A DNA stretch of 23,030 nt from Octopus sinensis. Lineage: Eukaryota. The stretch spans positions 1 through 23,030 of the forward strand of contig NW_021836739.1 of assembly GCF_006345805.1 (NCBI RefSeq), in the 5' to 3' direction. The position numbers and the translations under genes were made by a program. Below the pieces are notes generated by a model that was not told the DNA's origin, searched no databases, and saw nothing but the letters and a program-made list of their open reading frames with translations. This document shows, piece after piece, positions 21,424-23,030 of the stretch. Every line of letters begins with the position of its first letter. The stretch's first letter is position 1.

Positions 21424-21858
21424 CTTAAGGACCATAACCTAATTTCCTTATTGACCCCTCAGATTGATTTGTCATTCTAAATCCGATATAGGGATTGTTA
21501 GTAAAAAAATCATTGATAGAGTACTACCCGCCCTGAAGTCTAAAATTAGATTATCCCTCTGGGCAGATACCCAAGAAGTGGTTGGATGATTTAAGCTTCT
21601 AGAAATTAGCCAGAATAGCAATTAGAGAGTTATTACGCCACTATTAACCCAATCGTCCTCAATAAAGCCCTGACTTATAGCATGGGAAATTCTGATTTGT
21701 CCCGACACGAAATGGATATAATACTTGCCGCGTGAGCCACTTAAGTAGATTTTGATTATAGATTATGGAGTAGATGAGATAGGGAGAATGCGTTTGATGT
21801 AGCAATGGGGTCATCTGACTCTGCACAGGTCACAGACCTAGTCGGAATATACATTCTT
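21424..21858 (+). mobile_element. PLE reverse transcriptase fragment of a second lineage
   Basis: LKDH.PNF..RLICHSKSDIGIVSKKIIDRV..W.DTQEVVG*FK..YYATI..LNKAL..FDVAMGSSDSAQVTDLVGIYIL; stops and frameshifts. Confidence 0.85.
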
Positions 21859-22000
21859 CAAATTTGGTTAAGTATTGGTTAGTCGATGGGTTCCTCCTAG
21901 ATTTGAATACTTTTCTTAGCAGGTCGCCACATTCAGGTTTGTCATTTGATTTAACTTTTCTGTTAAAGAAGAAAGCTTTCCACTGGATTCTTCGTGTGAA
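21854..22000 (-). mobile_element. Inverted N-terminal fragment of the same type of PLE ORF
   Basis: FTRRIQWKAFFFNRK..VFKSRRNPSTNQYLTKFEE matches the RWKAFF..FKS..P..L..FE pattern that precedes PLE RTs. Confidence 0.75.
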
Positions 22001-22543
22001 TTAAATATAATAAATTGTCATGAAGAGAAGAATCAAAATGGCCATCGATGAACCCCTGCATGATGTCCTCTTAGATATACTATGCTTCAAAAACCAAAAA
22101 TGACAAATTGGTTAGAGCTACAACATTTTAGAACATTGGTTTGCTTGACCAGGGCTGACCTGGGGCTAATCACACCAACTTATTTGTCAACGAGAATCAT
22201 ACAGTCATGCCTGTGCCTGCTCAGGAAAACCATAACAGTAACAATAATTTTTAAGTGAGAGTTATCACAATTAGGTGAACGATGTGGCCATTAGAGCTAA
22301 TTTACATTTAATTAATAACCACTGAAGGATGTTTAGAAAAGTTAGTGCTCCAGTATGGCCTCAGATTTAGAGCTGAAACTAGTAAAAAGTAAAAGGATAA
22401 AGCATAAAACACGAAAAGTGAAGAAAGAACAAGGGAAAATATTTTGATTATAAATAAAATATTGAAAAATATTTATTAGCGACAGAATATTGACTGTGTT
22501 TGTATGTTTGTATTCATGTGTAGACATATATATACATACATAC

Positions 22544-22593
<50 letters not shown>

Positions 22594-23030
22594 TATATAT
22601 ATATATATGAATATATATGTATGTATGTATGTATGTATATGTATAAAAATGTGTGTGTTTATGTTCTAATTACTGTGTGGTATTTAATAGAGATCTTAAT
22701 GAATGGAACTACTTCCGGTCTGTGTCACCAGATGCACTTTTGATGGCATTCAGACGACATCAACAACTTCCTGTTTATGAGCAAAAGTTTTGGTAGGGAA
22801 TTTGTGCATTTTCAGCAATAACTCTTAATGGAATGGGTTAATAAGTTCCTTGTCTTTTTTTTTAACAAAGTTTGCACATAAACATTTTCGTTCCATTCGA
22901 AAATATGTATATAACACGTGTGTGTGTGTATAATAATGGAGAAATTGTACAAAATGTATAAATACATGATGATGAGTGAAGCACCGACAGAGTTTCGATT
23001 ACCTGTTACATATTAATTAAAATGAGCAAA

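Noticed and set aside
21587-21780. Several in-frame TGA codons in the PLE RT, recalling selenocysteine-encoding Naiads
   Set aside because: They fall at Trp/Arg-like positions and co-occur with TAA, TAG and frameshifts, which indicates ordinary decay; no SECIS seen
22700-22780. ETS-like ACTTCCGG and ACTTCCTG motifs suggesting a promoter
   Set aside because: Short motifs only, with no CpG-rich or other supporting context

Overview
Eukaryotic, AT-rich, microsatellite-saturated genomic DNA. It looks like a coleoid cephalopod (Octopus-like); this is inferred from remembered SINE motifs and the microsatellite load, not from a database hit. None of the supplied ORFs is a credible intact gene; most are simple-repeat artefacts. 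The window appears to be mainly introns of the 3' end of one + strand host gene. Three phase-compatible exons (7615-7736, 15016-15160, 20570-stop 20618) splice into an unidentified C-terminal peptide. A 29-nt exon with strong splice sites (9846-9874) would shift the frame, and there are a few weaker cassette candidates. The introns and flanks hold at least four tRNA-type SINE families, fragments of two Penelope-like (PLE) lineages, a degenerate minimal hammerhead motif, an R4/Dong-type endonuclease fragment, a Tc1 transposase relic and decayed RTE pieces. I found no demonstrably new system. The best leads are the microexon/alternative C-terminus, a SINE that amplifies an exact 184-bp internal unit, the hammerhead-like PLE remnant, an inverted PLE junction and two unusual local duplications. 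All translations, alignments and counts were done by hand.
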